NCBI GenBank assembly: GCA_964247055.1
Contig: OZ176056.1
Location: forward strand, 9,424,001 to 9,488,000
DNA from: Paragordius varius
Taxonomy: Eukaryota; Animalia; Nematomorpha
Direction: 5' to 3'
Length of the DNA stretch: 64,000 nucleotides
Shown piece after piece: positions 26,937 through 39,539 of the stretch. The notes beneath the pieces are model-generated. The model was not told where the DNA came from. It saw only the letters and a program-made list of their open reading frames with translations, and searched no databases. Within the stretch, counting starts at the first letter, position 1. Each line of letters opens with the position of its first letter. The position numbers and the translations under genes were made by a program.

Positions 26937-27422
26937 CACTTATGATACAACACACTCATTTTAGCGATTTAAATTGGGGTAGTTGGATGCCCAGGGCCGT
27001 TAATCGGATAATTTAAAAAGTATGAAAGGAATACCATGGCAAAATTTGCACTTATATAACATTAATAAACCAAAATATATGAAAAAATTTTCAAAAATAC
27101 CTGATAGTGACATGTGAATAATATTAAAAATTAATACAAAATAATTTGATTTTTCTATTTCTATCATTATTAGATGTATTTAAATAAAAAATTACCTTTA
27201 ATTTTACCCAAAAAATTTAATTAAGACGATTTTGTAAAATAATGGCGTCGAAGTAGTTTAACATGAAACTCTTTTTTCAAAAATTTTATTAAGATATTTT
27301 GACATATATAATTTTTATTAGGATAAAAGCATAAATTAAAATTAGGACCGTTCCTTCAGTAATCTTTTTAAAAATATTAGTTCAATAGTCTATATTTAGA
27401 TACCCCAATTTGACTCGAAATG
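26937..27422 (+). mobile_element. piggyBac-type MITE (family A)
   Basis: TTAA at 26933-26936 and 27423-27426; ends CACTTATGATACAACAC...GACTCGAAATG. Confidence 0.85.
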
Positions 27423-27818
27423 TTAATACAGGCCAATTCACATTAATGTTGTCCAATTTATTACAGATGAGAAATAACAATAATTTTTTTAAAAAATGGT
27501 TTTTAATATATACATCGTGAATGAATTTCATATTTTACAAAATGATTGTTATTTCACATGCTTTACTGTAAAGTAAATTGGACAACATTTGTTAGTTGGT
27601 AGCCATGAATTTGCATTATTTTTTAATGTTTTTAACCTTTGATGCATGTTATTTTCAAATTTATTTTTAGTAGTAAAACATAAAATTTTCGATAAACTTT
27701 CACCACAGACTATAACAGCGGTCGGCAATTTTTGACCTACAGACCATTCTTAAAATTAAAAATCTTGGCGGTTTGCACATTCATATTCCAATTAATTAGT
27801 ACATTTTAACATATTTAT

Positions 27819-27923
27819 CAGGTTTTGAACCCGAGACCTGGTTCCTGTTTTAAAACGATTCCTGTTTCATTTTTAAATTAGAGCCCGGTTCTAGTTCCAC
27901 TTTTTAAAACCGGTTCGAACCCT
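27819..27923. mobile_element. short hAT-like MITE (family E)
   Basis: CAGGTTTTGAACCCG ... CCGGTTCGAACCCT inverted ends with internal GGTTCC/CCGGTT repeats. Confidence 0.4.
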
Positions 27924-28357
27924 TATTATAATTTTAAAAAGCCAAATTACCATAAAATATATTTTATTATTCAGACTAAACAGCTCTCATTTTATTTATC
28001 CGAATCCCGAAAATATAACTTTTAGCCATTAATTAATATTTAAAAAGTTTCCTCGCTGCTATTCGTAGGCCCGTATTCCGCGCATATGTTGACAATGTGT
28101 TTACATGAAAAACGAATATGTGAGCATGCAGACGAGTGAAATAGAGAAAGTTTCAATAAGCAAGCTGTACCATTCATGAATTAAAAATTAAGTCCTCATG
28201 TTAAAATAGGCTAATAATTAGGCCCATGTTAGTGACAGCACGTCATGATTTAGGTTTAATCATTTTAAAAATATTGTGGCCAATACTTTGGGGGCAGCAC
28301 AAAAGGAAAGTTTGCCATTCTGAACTAAAAATTTTGGAGATTTGCATCATGTTTTCA

Positions 28358-29813
28358 GAAGTGGCGTAACGAGCATTTGCGGCGCCCGGGGTATAAAAGT
28401 CTTCTGCCCCATTCCTCTTTTTGAAAAATAAAACAATATAGTGAAAAAATACAAACGTTGCAACCTAAGCATAGATAAAACAGCACGGTCATATAAATTT
28501 TAAATTAACATAGGATAAAGTGTTAAGGGATTCAATGTTTCTCATATGTTCCCCATTATTGCAAAGTGAGCTACAAGTATCAAGATTTAAAGTTTCCTTG
28601 ATTTGGTGCTGAGTCATTTAGATACATTAGACTTTCAACATGTCCTTGAGGGAGATTTTGAGTGATCGAAACTTCATTCACGCCAATATTTGATGATATA
28701 TATTTTGCCATCGATCCTATTTCTGTATGTGAGCTTCTAGAGCAGAATCAATTTCTGTTTTATTCAATCTGCCTCTTTTTAAGTAGTAAATGCTTTCCAA
28801 TGATTGAGGCTATTTTCATAATGGATTCTTTTATCTTTTTTCCACTATTTATTAAAACCATGCCTAGATATGTAAAGAATTAGATCGAAAAAGTAGGCAA
28901 TAAAAAGAATATGCAGGGATGTTCTATGGTAAAGCCTAGACCTCTCAACCTCGAATTCTTCTTTTTTACTGACACGTGGAAAAACCAAGATTGGGGCATT
29001 GAACGTTAATTTTTTGTTTTAAGTGATGGCATTTATTTTGAACTTGAGATATACGATTAATCATTTCTGTACGAAGGCTATTAGATATTACGAGAACATT
29101 ATTATTAGTAAATTTTAAAAAGGCGACATCATTAAACTCTATAGGTATAGCGCTTGGAATTACTAATGGTATATTTGTAGTTTTTCTTATATTATCGGAT
29201 CAATACTAGGGTTTCAGGTGTATTTAAGTTATTATTAAGGTTTACTGTTATGTTTGTGTCGCATACACTACCTTTAATGTTATGGTCAGATATTTTCGTT
29301 AAATAATTTTATACGCATTCGCATTTTATTTGTTTTATTCTCTTCCTGGATTTTCGTTTCCTATTTGATACCGCCAAGTTTAAACATTGATATCTGATGA
29401 AAATGAGAGTAATTATAAAAAATACAAGGTTATATTAATAATAAAAACCTACTGGGGATTTAAAAATAGGATTTAAAATTGAATATGATTAAAATAACAA
29501 TATAAATCATTTGAGATAAGGTTTTGAACAGAGAGAAGTTTAAATAATTTAATTAAAGGCAATAGAATAATAAACATGTGCGTGACAAAGAATTGGATAT
29601 TTTAAGGGAACACCTACATAAAATTGTTTTTGCCTAATGTTTGGCTTGATATCATTTATATAATTTTAGGGTAATTACGTAAAATGCTGAAAAATCTTAC
29701 TTGATTGTTATTATTTTTGCATAATTCAAATTTAATTAAAAAAATCATTTAGGCGCCCTCAAATAACGGCGCGGCATGATGCACCCCACTGGCTCCCTCT
29801 CGGTACGCCACTG
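28358..29813 (-). mobile_element. hAT (ZMYM1/TTF-type) element, internally deleted, same family as 15109
   Basis: Ends (G)AAGTGGCGTAAC...GGTACGCCACTG; perfect TSD TGTTTTCA (28350-28357, 29814-29821); minus-strand relic FNK*WKKDKRIHYENSLNHWKAF (TTF zinc-finger C-terminal half). Confidence 0.88.
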
Positions 29814-29888
29814 TGTTTTCACAATAATCGCATAGTTGTAAAAAAGTTTAGTACAAAATATTTTATAAAAAATCTTTTTTATTTCTTA

Positions 29889-30493
29889 GTGCCAAACTTA
29901 AGCGAAGCGCAAAAACGAAAAAAAAGAAGGAAAACGCAATGAGCGTTTCAAAAATGACAATTTTTTTAAAACCTATTTGACAAATGTGCCTTTGATGCTA
30001 GCTCACCATTCGCTTAAGAATGAGTTCGCTCAGACAATTTGCAGAGTTATTAATTATTAAGTACCCAACAGTTTCAGATAGTTGTGATGAAGTTATAAAA
30101 GAATTATTATTGTTTTTGATTTTACCAGTTACGGTTGCCATTGCACGTTCATTCTCAAAGATAAAATATAAATTATATTAAAATCATATGGTTGAAAAAA
30201 GGTTAAGCAATACTAGCAATCGAAGCGGAGATGGTGGATCTAAAAAATAGAATAGAAAATTTTCTCACCCAAAATCGAAAACGAATTTTTAAAACAAGAT
30301 TTTCTAATTTATACATGCTCTTAGTAAGTTATTTGTTAATTCTAAATCTGAACATGATTAAGTAATTGGCGGTGGTAAGGGTGGATCGCAAAACTTTTAG
30401 ACTCAGGATACCAAGTCATGTAAATATTATTATATTTAAATATAATATTCCTTTATGAATCTAACTGATGCGCCAGGAGAAAAGGTGACTGCA

Positions 30494-30525
<32 letters not shown>

Positions 30526-30545
30526 GCAAAATTTATAGTTCCGCG
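29889..30545 (+). mobile_element. hAT relic (N-terminal NLS-like start fused to C-terminal dimerisation domain)
   Basis: PNLSEAQKRKKRR, then LLLFLILPVTVAIARSFSKIK (LPVTVA..ERSFSKLK motif); possible right end ...TAGTTCCGCGACTG. Confidence 0.55.
30505..30526 (+). repeat. G22 homopolymer (potential G-quadruplex)
   Basis: 22 consecutive G after a T10 run, directly visible. Confidence 0.9.
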
Positions 30546-31287
30546 ACTGATACCACATCTAAAAGCTAGTGAAAAAATAGGCAAAATATACTCTAATTTT
30601 TTAGGGAAAAAATATACCCGAAAATTTCCATTTCTATTGATCCCAGTCGGGCATATCAAATGAGTTGACAATAGATATTTTTTCATTGAATTGTAATATT
30701 CCTAATATAGTGAACATATTCAATTGAAAAGTACGCAACTTCTGGTGTGTTTAAAAATTTATTTTAGCAAATAAATAGTGGTTATAAATTAATTTCGGCA
30801 TAATTTAGATGCAAATTTGATGACATGGGCAATTGTTTAGTTTTAATTGTTGTAATTTACGAATTTCAAAAGTATTTAATGATAACTTTTGCAATAATGT
30901 TTTTAATTTTATATCACCTGTATGATTAATCGATTTAATTTTCGTTTAAAAGCAGAAAAATAAATAGCTTTTTTTAATTTAATAACCCTTTCGATATTTA
31001 TTTATTATTAAGGTTTTATCTATCGAATGATAAATGATTCCCAAGAAAAACGCTAAATTTATCTATGTTAAATAAAATGTAGTAAAAATAATGTTGTAGA
31101 GCTTCTCAAAAGCGATGGCTCATTTATATGGAGTAATACCTTTTTGCATTATCTCATAAATTATTTTTCTGTGTTTTGATAAATTCTTGATCAACAGAAT
31201 TTTTATAGAATAATATTTATACCTTAATGATATATATATTCGAAATTGTTGTATTTAAAACATTGATTAATGAGGTATGCCAATTAT

Positions 31288-31817
31288 CACTTAAATTCAT
31301 TTTGGGGTATATCAAGATCCCAGACCATTTTTAAATCGGTGTATTAAATAACTAATGTAAATGGTCCTAAATTAAATTTATGCTTCTTTCCTAAAATAAA
31401 ATATATATAAGCCAAAATATCTTAAATATGGTTTTGAAAAAAAGTTCATATTAAAGTACTTCGACGCCATTTTTACTATACAACATTTTTGCAAAATGCG
31501 TTTTTTGTGTTAACGCTAATATTAAAGTTTTTATTATAAAAACATTAAATATGAACAGAAAAAATGGTTTATTAAATTATTGTGTAATTAGCTAATCCTC
31601 ACAAGTCATGTTGGCTAGATATTTAACTTGAGGTTTATCCATAAAAGTAATAAATTATTTTAAATGAACCATTTTTTAAATTTCGGTGAGTCAATGTTAT
31701 TTAAGTGCAAACTTTTGAAATGATGACCAAATCTCTATTTAAATAATTTTAGATATATATTTAAACAGGCCTTAGGGTCCCTTTAGACCCCATAAATGGG
31801 GGATTGGATTGAAGGTG
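31288..31817 (-). mobile_element. piggyBac-type MITE (family A), old diverged copy
   Basis: CACTTAAATTCATTTTGGGGTATATCAAGATCCCAGAC (reverse complement of right end) ... AAACAGGCCT...GGTG followed by TTAA. Confidence 0.7.
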
Positions 31818-32018
31818 TTAAAATTCCAAATAAATGTTTCTGCATTTGTGAATCATGCCTAGAACTGTACACCTATAATTAATTGGGAGGATGAAACAAT
31901 GAGTTAAAATAGAGACATATGAAGGACGATAATGTATAGAAAAAAGATAAAATTAAATATCATTAATTAATATTTTATATTATGTGTAACCTGATTGTTA
32001 AAGATAAAATTTTATCAT

Positions 32019-32023
<5 letters not shown>

Positions 32024-32061
<38 letters not shown>
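32024..32061. repeat. (TA)n microsatellite
   Basis: About 19 TA units. Confidence 0.95.
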
Positions 32062-32066
<5 letters not shown>

Positions 32067-32699
32067 CTTTAATAAAGAGTCAAATATATACATGGTTATG
32101 CCCAGACAGAATTAAGCCATTAATATCTAAAGTAATATGATAAAAGTTGTTAATTAGTTTATTTTTGCCCTATGAATTAATTACCGCCTAAATGTTTGCC
32201 GTTGAAACGATGATAAATACCATAGTCATAATATCATATAAACATAAACATTTTAAACCCTTTCTTAAAATACCTCTTTTTTACAGCCTAGATTTCTATT
32301 AATTAAATAGTGCAAATATTCTAGAATATATTAAGATTAGTTAAAAGAGCGCGGGTCATATAAGCATGTATGCCAAGGATCGTCCTAAGTATATTTTCAA
32401 TAATCGTTGGCGCCCTATAATTCAAAGTCTTAATTTAGTTTATCAAAACGGAAGAGAGTCTTTAAAGTCACAATTAATAGAAACCTTACACCAGTTTTTA
32501 GTTGCTTATTAATAATTTGGCTGAAATTTAATATATTTTTTGTGACCCGTTCTTCAAACCCTAGATCTTCTTTAACGAATCGTTCGTTGGGATGTTCTTG
32601 ATTGCATCTGAAGAGTCTTCCAATTGTAGCTCTTCTGGTATATTTTTAGTCTTCCTTCTGGTTCCAAGTCGGTTACTAAAAGGCCTGATAAAACGGGCC

Positions 32700-33760
32700 C
32701 TTATTATTACGCTTGTTGATAATAAAATATGAATAACCGTTCATTGTTGGCAAATAAACTTTCATCCTGGTATTAATTAGATATAAAGCGAGTCTTAACT
32801 CGATAAATGTTTTGGAAATTTTTATTTTATTCTATTTATCATTGTCGACATCATTGTAGCGGATGGTAATATTTGAATAGTGTTTTGTGATTATTTTTAT
32901 TTTTGCAATGCCTTCCATATATAAATTATTAAAATAATCATCAGTTTCGATGGACCCAAGATATCGTTTATGAAAAGCCGTTGGTATCTGGGTTTTATAA
33001 CCATCTTGCAAATCAATTTTTTCTTATGGCCACGCAAGATCCTTTTTTAACGCTTAACTTGTTATTTGATGTAAATTTGGTATAAAAGTTTAATAAATAA
33101 AATGATCTTATGAAGATGAAGGACATTTTTATATAGCCTCTAAAATTTTATTAGTAGCTTGGGCGCCTTTCTCAAAGAATAAATAACCCATGTAATTTAT
33201 CGGGTATCGCGATTTGCTGTCATCATTGTTTTCGGCCTCTTGTTACCCGCTAACAAATATCATTTTGTAATGTTCATCATTTTGTTTTCTGACGCTTACA
33301 CATCATCTAGGTAAACACATGTGTCATGTAAATCCCCAAAAGTTTGCCCAAACATCTTTAGAAAAACATCAGGCCGGAGCTCAACACGGAAAAAAGTCGC
33401 CGATACGAATACACTTTGCGGGTATTACTCGTAAGAAGTCACTGGGATTTGTCTTACTGTAAATAGGCATTTTTTAAATTCCAAAATACCACCTATGCCT
33501 TGACAGCTAACTCATTTGGGTGATGGGAATTCTGTGATAAACGATTTATACTTATTTGAGAAATATGTTTACTGTGGAGGAAACCTACATTATTAGATTT
33601 TGAGTCGGGTAAATTGGTTAAAGTATTTACAGTCTGTCGATTTCTTTTTAAGCTGTTGCAGAACTATCGGCACTCGGCGACATGGGAAAAATGGTGTTGG
33701 GCCTAAAATTAATCGGTCTTAAAATGTTTAAAAAATATTTAAAAATCATTTTTTTACATG
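32700..33760 (-). pseudogene. Ty3/Gypsy pol relic (reverse transcriptase to RNase H)
   Basis: Minus strand KEIDRL, NLKNAYLQ...LLTSNTRKVYSYRRLFSVLSSGLMFF*RCLGKLLG, DLHDTCVYLDDV, YMGYLF, FIPNLHQ; many stops and frameshifts; no LTR identified. Confidence 0.75.
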
Positions 33761-36143
33761 TTATTATACGTAAAACACGTGTTTTGAAAATCAATCTTGA
33801 ACATCTATATTCGTTCCGAAAATGGCGAGGAATCGGATTTGGTGGCAACTTATGGTTAGACCCTGTTTTTTCCTTGTGACTTTGTAAATAGAATCGTTGT
33901 TGTAGATCTGGAGCTTGCATGGGAAAACCAATGGTGGTTTGCCTTTGCCACCCATTCCCTCCTCCCGATAACACTGCTCAACAAGGTTTTGCACCACTCC
34001 ATTATTTTTGCATTTTCTGATACCTAATGGCATGGAAAGGCCAAAACAAAAAAGAAAATTGAGGCCACCAATAGGATTTTTCCGAAATTTAATTTTTAAA
34101 TTTGTATTTAATTTAAAAATAACAATCATTCCTCGCGTACATGTGTTTAAATATTCAAACGAACAAGTCGATACAAGTAATATTCCATGCATGAATGACA
34201 AAATTCTAGGCATTAAATAAGATACTAAATAAGATAAGAGCCAATGTATTAAAAATCTAAAAGGGGCTTATGTATAGTGTGATAGATCCGGGCGGCTGCA
34301 CAAGCTCTGCATATCCCCCAAGCGATCCAATTATGCCAGATATGGCAAAGATAACAATAAGTAATCGTAAAGCCCGATAAGAGAGACTTGCAAGCAAAAT
34401 CCAGGCAAATTGACATGTCAAATTAACGGTTTCACAGAATAAAGTTAGATAAATTCTACAATTAAATTGAATAAAAAGATTAGGTAAATACAAATGGTCC
34501 AATCCCATAATAGTAAATTCTACTAAAAGTGGCTAAACAACATCCATCTGAAATTAAAAATACAAAACAACCAATAATTTTAAAAAATAAAGTATATGCA
34601 CTAGGTATAAATAAAGGATTTTTTGTAAGAACCAACTCAAGAAAAAAGCCTAATAAGTACTCGACAGAAGGAAAACTAACAAAAAAATATAGCCTATCTA
34701 AAAGCCGAAGGTTTAAACCATAAAATGCATTTTTAATATTTTTTTAAGAAAATTTTTATACGTATTAAAAATTCACTTGTAAGAAAAAGACTAAATTTTG
34801 ACGTTTGAGTCCGTACTATTTTTTTCTCTCTAATATTTAAATGACATATTTATATTCAAAAGATAGAGTTTAAAACGCTTTATTAAATGATATTAAGTTT
34901 ATAATATAATAACATTTTATTATAAAGTTATATTTAATTTTCTCTCGATTTTCTCTTGTTTTTGAAAAATTGAAAAACCTATAATATTATAAAATTCTGA
35001 TTGGCGGGATCGAAAATTTTTTCACATTTGGTTTTAAAACACTAAAATTAGTCATAATTCAAAAGTTTGAGTTGTGGTGCTCAAAAATGTCCAAATTTGT
35101 CGACTAGTGTAATTTATACTTCTGCCCTGGTATCGAATATCATCTCACACGGTATATAATTTAATCACCCTTTTTCGAAAGTGGTCTAAATATATTAGAA
35201 TTATCAGTGTTATTGGTTTTATATTAATTTGAGGCTCTCGTACGATTCTATTTTAGTCAACAAACGCAGATTTGCCAAATCACGAGCAATATTATTGATT
35301 ACCGTATTTTAATTTCGCGATTCAAAAGGCAAGGAAACGACATCATGCACACTATCATGGGATTTGTACAGAGTTATTTGCTAATTCCAAAGGCCAGAAT
35401 ATATACAACATTTGTTAGTCCTACATAACTCACTCAATCTAGGGAACATCAGCATCCCCCACAACCTATTATTAACCAAAAACATGACATTATTAAACGT
35501 TGGGGAGAATTCGGAGCTTCTTATTGTGATGACAATGCTACTCCTCATTTCTATATGCTCTTTTATCTGAATGATTCTGAACTCGATTCCAATTTTAGTA
35601 GACGAATAAAAATCTCTTCTTCTAATTCCCTTTGTTACAATGACCTCCGAATTTCGGTACTACACCTATTCCCTATCATCTTTAACAAGTATTTTCCAAA
35701 ATGTTTTTCACAATTGCCATGAGGATTGTGTCAAATCATATTTCCAACCGTTTTTCGAAAATGGCAACTCCCATCTTCAGAACAATTGAATGATTGCGAT
35801 CACCAACAACTATCCAAACTCTTTAAGTTAATAATCCAAAGATTTTTATCCACACCAGATTGTGTAATTTTAAATTTACAAGCTGGCTTAAGATTATAGC
35901 AAAACACTACAAATCATATAGTTAATATGAATAATACGATTTAGAAGTAAAACGAATTAAGTAAAAGCTGTACTGCTGTGTTTTGGAATTCCGAATGGCA
36001 TTTGGATAAGTCAACCACAACCTCTGGAAGATTGTCTTCCAGAGTTTCCCAGATAATACTTTTGTTGCAGTTGTATTCTAAGCAAACATCTGCGATCAAA
36101 ACGCTACCCGGTTCAACCGATTGTTCTCCTTATCCACAGAGGT

Positions 36144-36300
36144 GTGAGACAAGGATGTGTCCTTTCTCCCCTGCTGTTCAAAGAAACTTTAATGTGCAAA
36201 TTAGTGTTTCCCCAACACTTTGGAGTGCGCATCGGACGTGTTACTGTTCGCAATCTCCGATACGCTGACGATACGGTTTTCTTGACAGAATCACAACCCG
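36144..36300 (+). pseudogene. short RTE RT fragment
   Basis: VRQGCVLSPLLF...GVRIGRVTVRNLRYADDTVFLTES. Confidence 0.8.
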
Positions 36301-37259
36301 GACATGATTTATCTCTGAAACCGTCGAAAGTTTAATGGGTCTGAAGCTCTTTAGAACTTTTCGGTCTAACCAAATAAGCTATCCTAAAGGTTATGGTTTA
36401 CTCCGTCGCTATTTACGGGTGTGAAGGGGTATGTAAATCCATCAAAAGCCCTCATCTCATTTAAAATGAGGTGCTCTTGAATAATTGTGGTTATTTCTGG
36501 AAAGTCTAAATCTCTTATTCATATATACCTAACTTCCACATCAGAATTTTCACTTTATGATTTGTTATCCACAAGTATTTAAATCTAGGGCACATTCAAC
36601 GATGCGTTCCCTGGTAAAACATTCTCCTTGGGTTGGTTGATGAGACTTGCGAAAGAAGTCCCACCAATAGCGGTTTCTAGATATCAGTAATCAGTTACAA
36701 ACTTTAACCTGTCCCAAATGATTCGAAGTCGCAAGATATTCTGGAATGGAAAAAACCCTATTTATGAGAAAGCTAAGAGTCGCTACGCGACTAGATTCAA
36801 AAACAAAAACGGACATTTTACCAATTTTATTTTTATATATCCAAATCAAGGATATATTAAATACTTTTACCTCATTCTCGGCATTTTTTGGTTTTTTAAG
36901 AACGCTATCCATTGGTGGGTCTAAAAATTTACGACTTTCGGAGCCTACTTCTGAAAGTTTATATTTATGATAAATTTTGCTTTTTAAATAAAGATATTGA
37001 TAAAATTTAATGAAGTTAGATGAATTAAACAGTAGCTCTTAAAAAATTTAAATTATGCGCGCTAATGATTTGATATTATCACTGAAGCTTAAAACCAAAA
37101 TAACTCTTGACATTTTTTTTTAACAGAATATTATTTCATTAAAATTTTTTGTGTGAAATATGTTATACATGTATATAGTGGCATAATGTTATGTATTTAA
37201 TTTTTCAATATACAAAGGCCCCAGCCAACTAAAGTCATCCTTTAAAATTATTCTCTTAA

Positions 37260-37566
37260 CACTTGGATACAACGCATTACAGTCCTTCGATTCAAATTGG
37301 GGCAATTGGATACCCCAGGCCTGTTTTAAATTTAATATTTCAAATAACATCAATTGAATTGGAACCATGGCAAAAATATACACTTATATAACATTAATGA
37401 ACCTAAATATATAAAAAAGTTCGAAAAATACTTGATATAATTTATTTTATGGTCCCTCAAGGTAAAAATTTAGTCAACATGATATGTTCTAAATTTAAAA
37501 ATAATACAAAATAAACCACTTTTTCTGTTTCTGTCAATGTTAGATGTGATTTAAATGAAAAATTAA
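37260..37566 (+). mobile_element. piggyBac-type MITE (family A), 3'-truncated
   Basis: TTAA 37256-37259 then CACTTGGATACAACGC...GATGTGATTTAAATGAAA; right half absent. Confidence 0.85.
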
Positions 37567-38180
37567 ATCTTTGTTTCTTCAAACAGAATATATTGTGCCT
37601 TATATCTAAAAGCCGAATTGTAATAAAAAACATTTATTATAAAATTTCAAATCTGTTATCATACATAATGTAACCTTAAAGAATATCTGATAATCACCTG
37701 GCGCGCAGCGTCGTTAGTCGCTGGCCTTTTCGAAATGCAATTTTATATTTATCAAGTATTCTCAATCAACAAACCATAATAAATAAATATAAATTTTCAT
37801 AATTAATGTATGGAGAGGACACATATCTGTTATAGTTATGAAAATATTAAATAGTCAGGTTTGGTCACAAAACATAAATTAATTCTACTGCAAATTTCTA
37901 CGCATAACTCCTCTAATTTTAGTTGAAATCGTGAGAGTATAATTGTTAAAAAAATATTGATAATTAAAATAGTTCAATATTTAAAAAAAGCCATGTTAAG
38001 AAAAAAACAATCAAATATTGCCAGACAAAAACATATGGATTTTAAATACAACTATTATGATTAAACAATATTTACAGTTTTTGATACTTCTCATACTGTG
38101 GAATAGCGATGCCACATAAGATTAAAATTTATTTTTAATTAAACGGTTGGTAACACTATAGAAATTACATGTGGTATTAT

Positions 38181-39422
38181 TTAAAATAAATTATTTTGTA
38201 GATTAAACTCCATGACAGAGGGATAAATCCATTGTTCGTAAGGGTTATGACTGATTTTAAGTCTGTTGTTTATATTGATTAATAAAACTCCCGGTACCAA
38301 AGCCAATGTACCCGTAATATGCACGTCTTCCAAATGGGTATGTTTTTGAGTAAAAAAAGCATGATACAATTTGAAAACTAAGGGAGGCTTCAAAGCATAA
38401 AACCATCCGTGACAATAGGGTGGAAAATAAGGACTGGGGTATTCAGAAATATTTATGTAATATTTCATTCTTGGGTCTCGTACAGGCTGAGAATTAATGT
38501 ACATTGGGCAAAATATTATATCATAAAAGATGCTATTATCATTAAATTTTTTTAAAAATTCCTTTTTAAATTTAGGATCAATATTTAACATGTCAAAATT
38601 TTGAATGTTGCATGTGTCATTTTTTGTTTGACCAACTGTATTACGCTTCCGGAGGAGTTGCAATAAATCATCGCTTAGTTTTGAATCTTCCAGAACATAA
38701 TCGAAGTATTCTCTTGGCTTAGGATCTATTTGATGATAGTGATGGTCTGTAAAAAGTTTTGCTTTAGGCTTTAAAACATTCCAATTTTTTTGCATAAAAT
38801 CTCCATGTTCTACCTCAAATTTCTTAAGGTATAATATAACTTGAATAATATCTAAGTAAATATCATCCTCTGTTCTTATTATATATTTTGCATGGGCACA
38901 ATAATCCAATACCCATTTAAATCCCATCATAGTGGCATATGTTATGTTAGAATATGAATCAAGAAAACTAGATTGAAGAATATCATTGTATTTTAGACTT
39001 TCATTCATTATCATAAACTGTAATTTCTTATTACCAACTTTACCCATAAGAAATAAATGCTGGACTACTAAATCGCCATACGAAAAATTCGCATAAATAT
39101 TTCGAATTCTTTGTCTTAATTGGGAATGAGTAGGATTCGATAATATAAGTAATAATATAATATTTTTTGATTCACAAACTGTGCTTCCCGGATCAATTAT
39201 TCGGATAAAATTTAGTTCCGAAATAATGTTTTGTTTTGTTTTAGATATAAAACACCCATGTTTTATATTGTATTTAGCTGTATAAGGCTCTAAACACTTT
39301 TTATTTATCATTTTCAAAGATGAATAATCGATATTGTCCCATCTGGGTTGTTTATATTGATAAAGTTTATCGTATTGCGTATACATATATATTGTTACCG
39401 TGACCAAAAATGTAAGCCCTAT
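38181..39422 (-). CDS. GT31 beta-1,3-galactosyltransferase-like glycosyltransferase (Galactosyl_T), large coding exon; start exon not identified
   Basis: 408-codon open frame. TM-like IGLTFLVTVTIYMY after a TAG acceptor; motifs LLLILSNPTHSQLRQRIR, HLFLMG, ESLKYNDILQSSFLDSYSN, FKWVLDYCAHAKYIIRTEDD, PVRDPRMKYY, YFPPYCHGWFY, LEDVHITG. The track's start is TTG, so the true ATG is likely in an upstream exon. Confidence 0.9.
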   Translation of the reverse strand: MGLTFLVTVTIYMYTQYDKLYQYKQPRWDNIDYSSLKMINKKCLEPYTAKYNIKHGCFISKTKQNIISELNFIRIIDPGSTVCESKNIILLLILSNPTHSQLRQRIRNIYANFSYGDLVVQHLFLMGKVGNKKLQFMIMNESLKYNDILQSSFLDSYSNITYATMMGFKWVLDYCAHAKYIIRTEDDIYLDIIQVILYLKKFEVEHGDFMQKNWNVLKPKAKLFTDHHYHQIDPKPREYFDYVLEDSKLSDDLLQLLRKRNTVGQTKNDTCNIQNFDMLNIDPKFKKEFLKKFNDNSIFYDIIFCPMYINSQPVRDPRMKYYINISEYPSPYFPPYCHGWFYALKPPLVFKLYHAFFTQKHTHLEDVHITGTLALVPGVLLININNRLKISHNPYEQWIYPSVMEFNLQNNLF

Positions 39423-39539
39423 CTAATATAAAAAATATGCCCTTTAATCTCAAATTTACCCTCAAACATCTTTAATGTACCATCAAACATTTCAAATTAA
39501 CTCTTAAGCATTTCAAAGTGACCCTTTAACATTTTTTAA

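Noticed and set aside
35990-36130. Merlin/IS1595-like transposase (PGSVLIAD)
   Set aside because: The downstream H..VNH and HTQ.IE motifs are absent.
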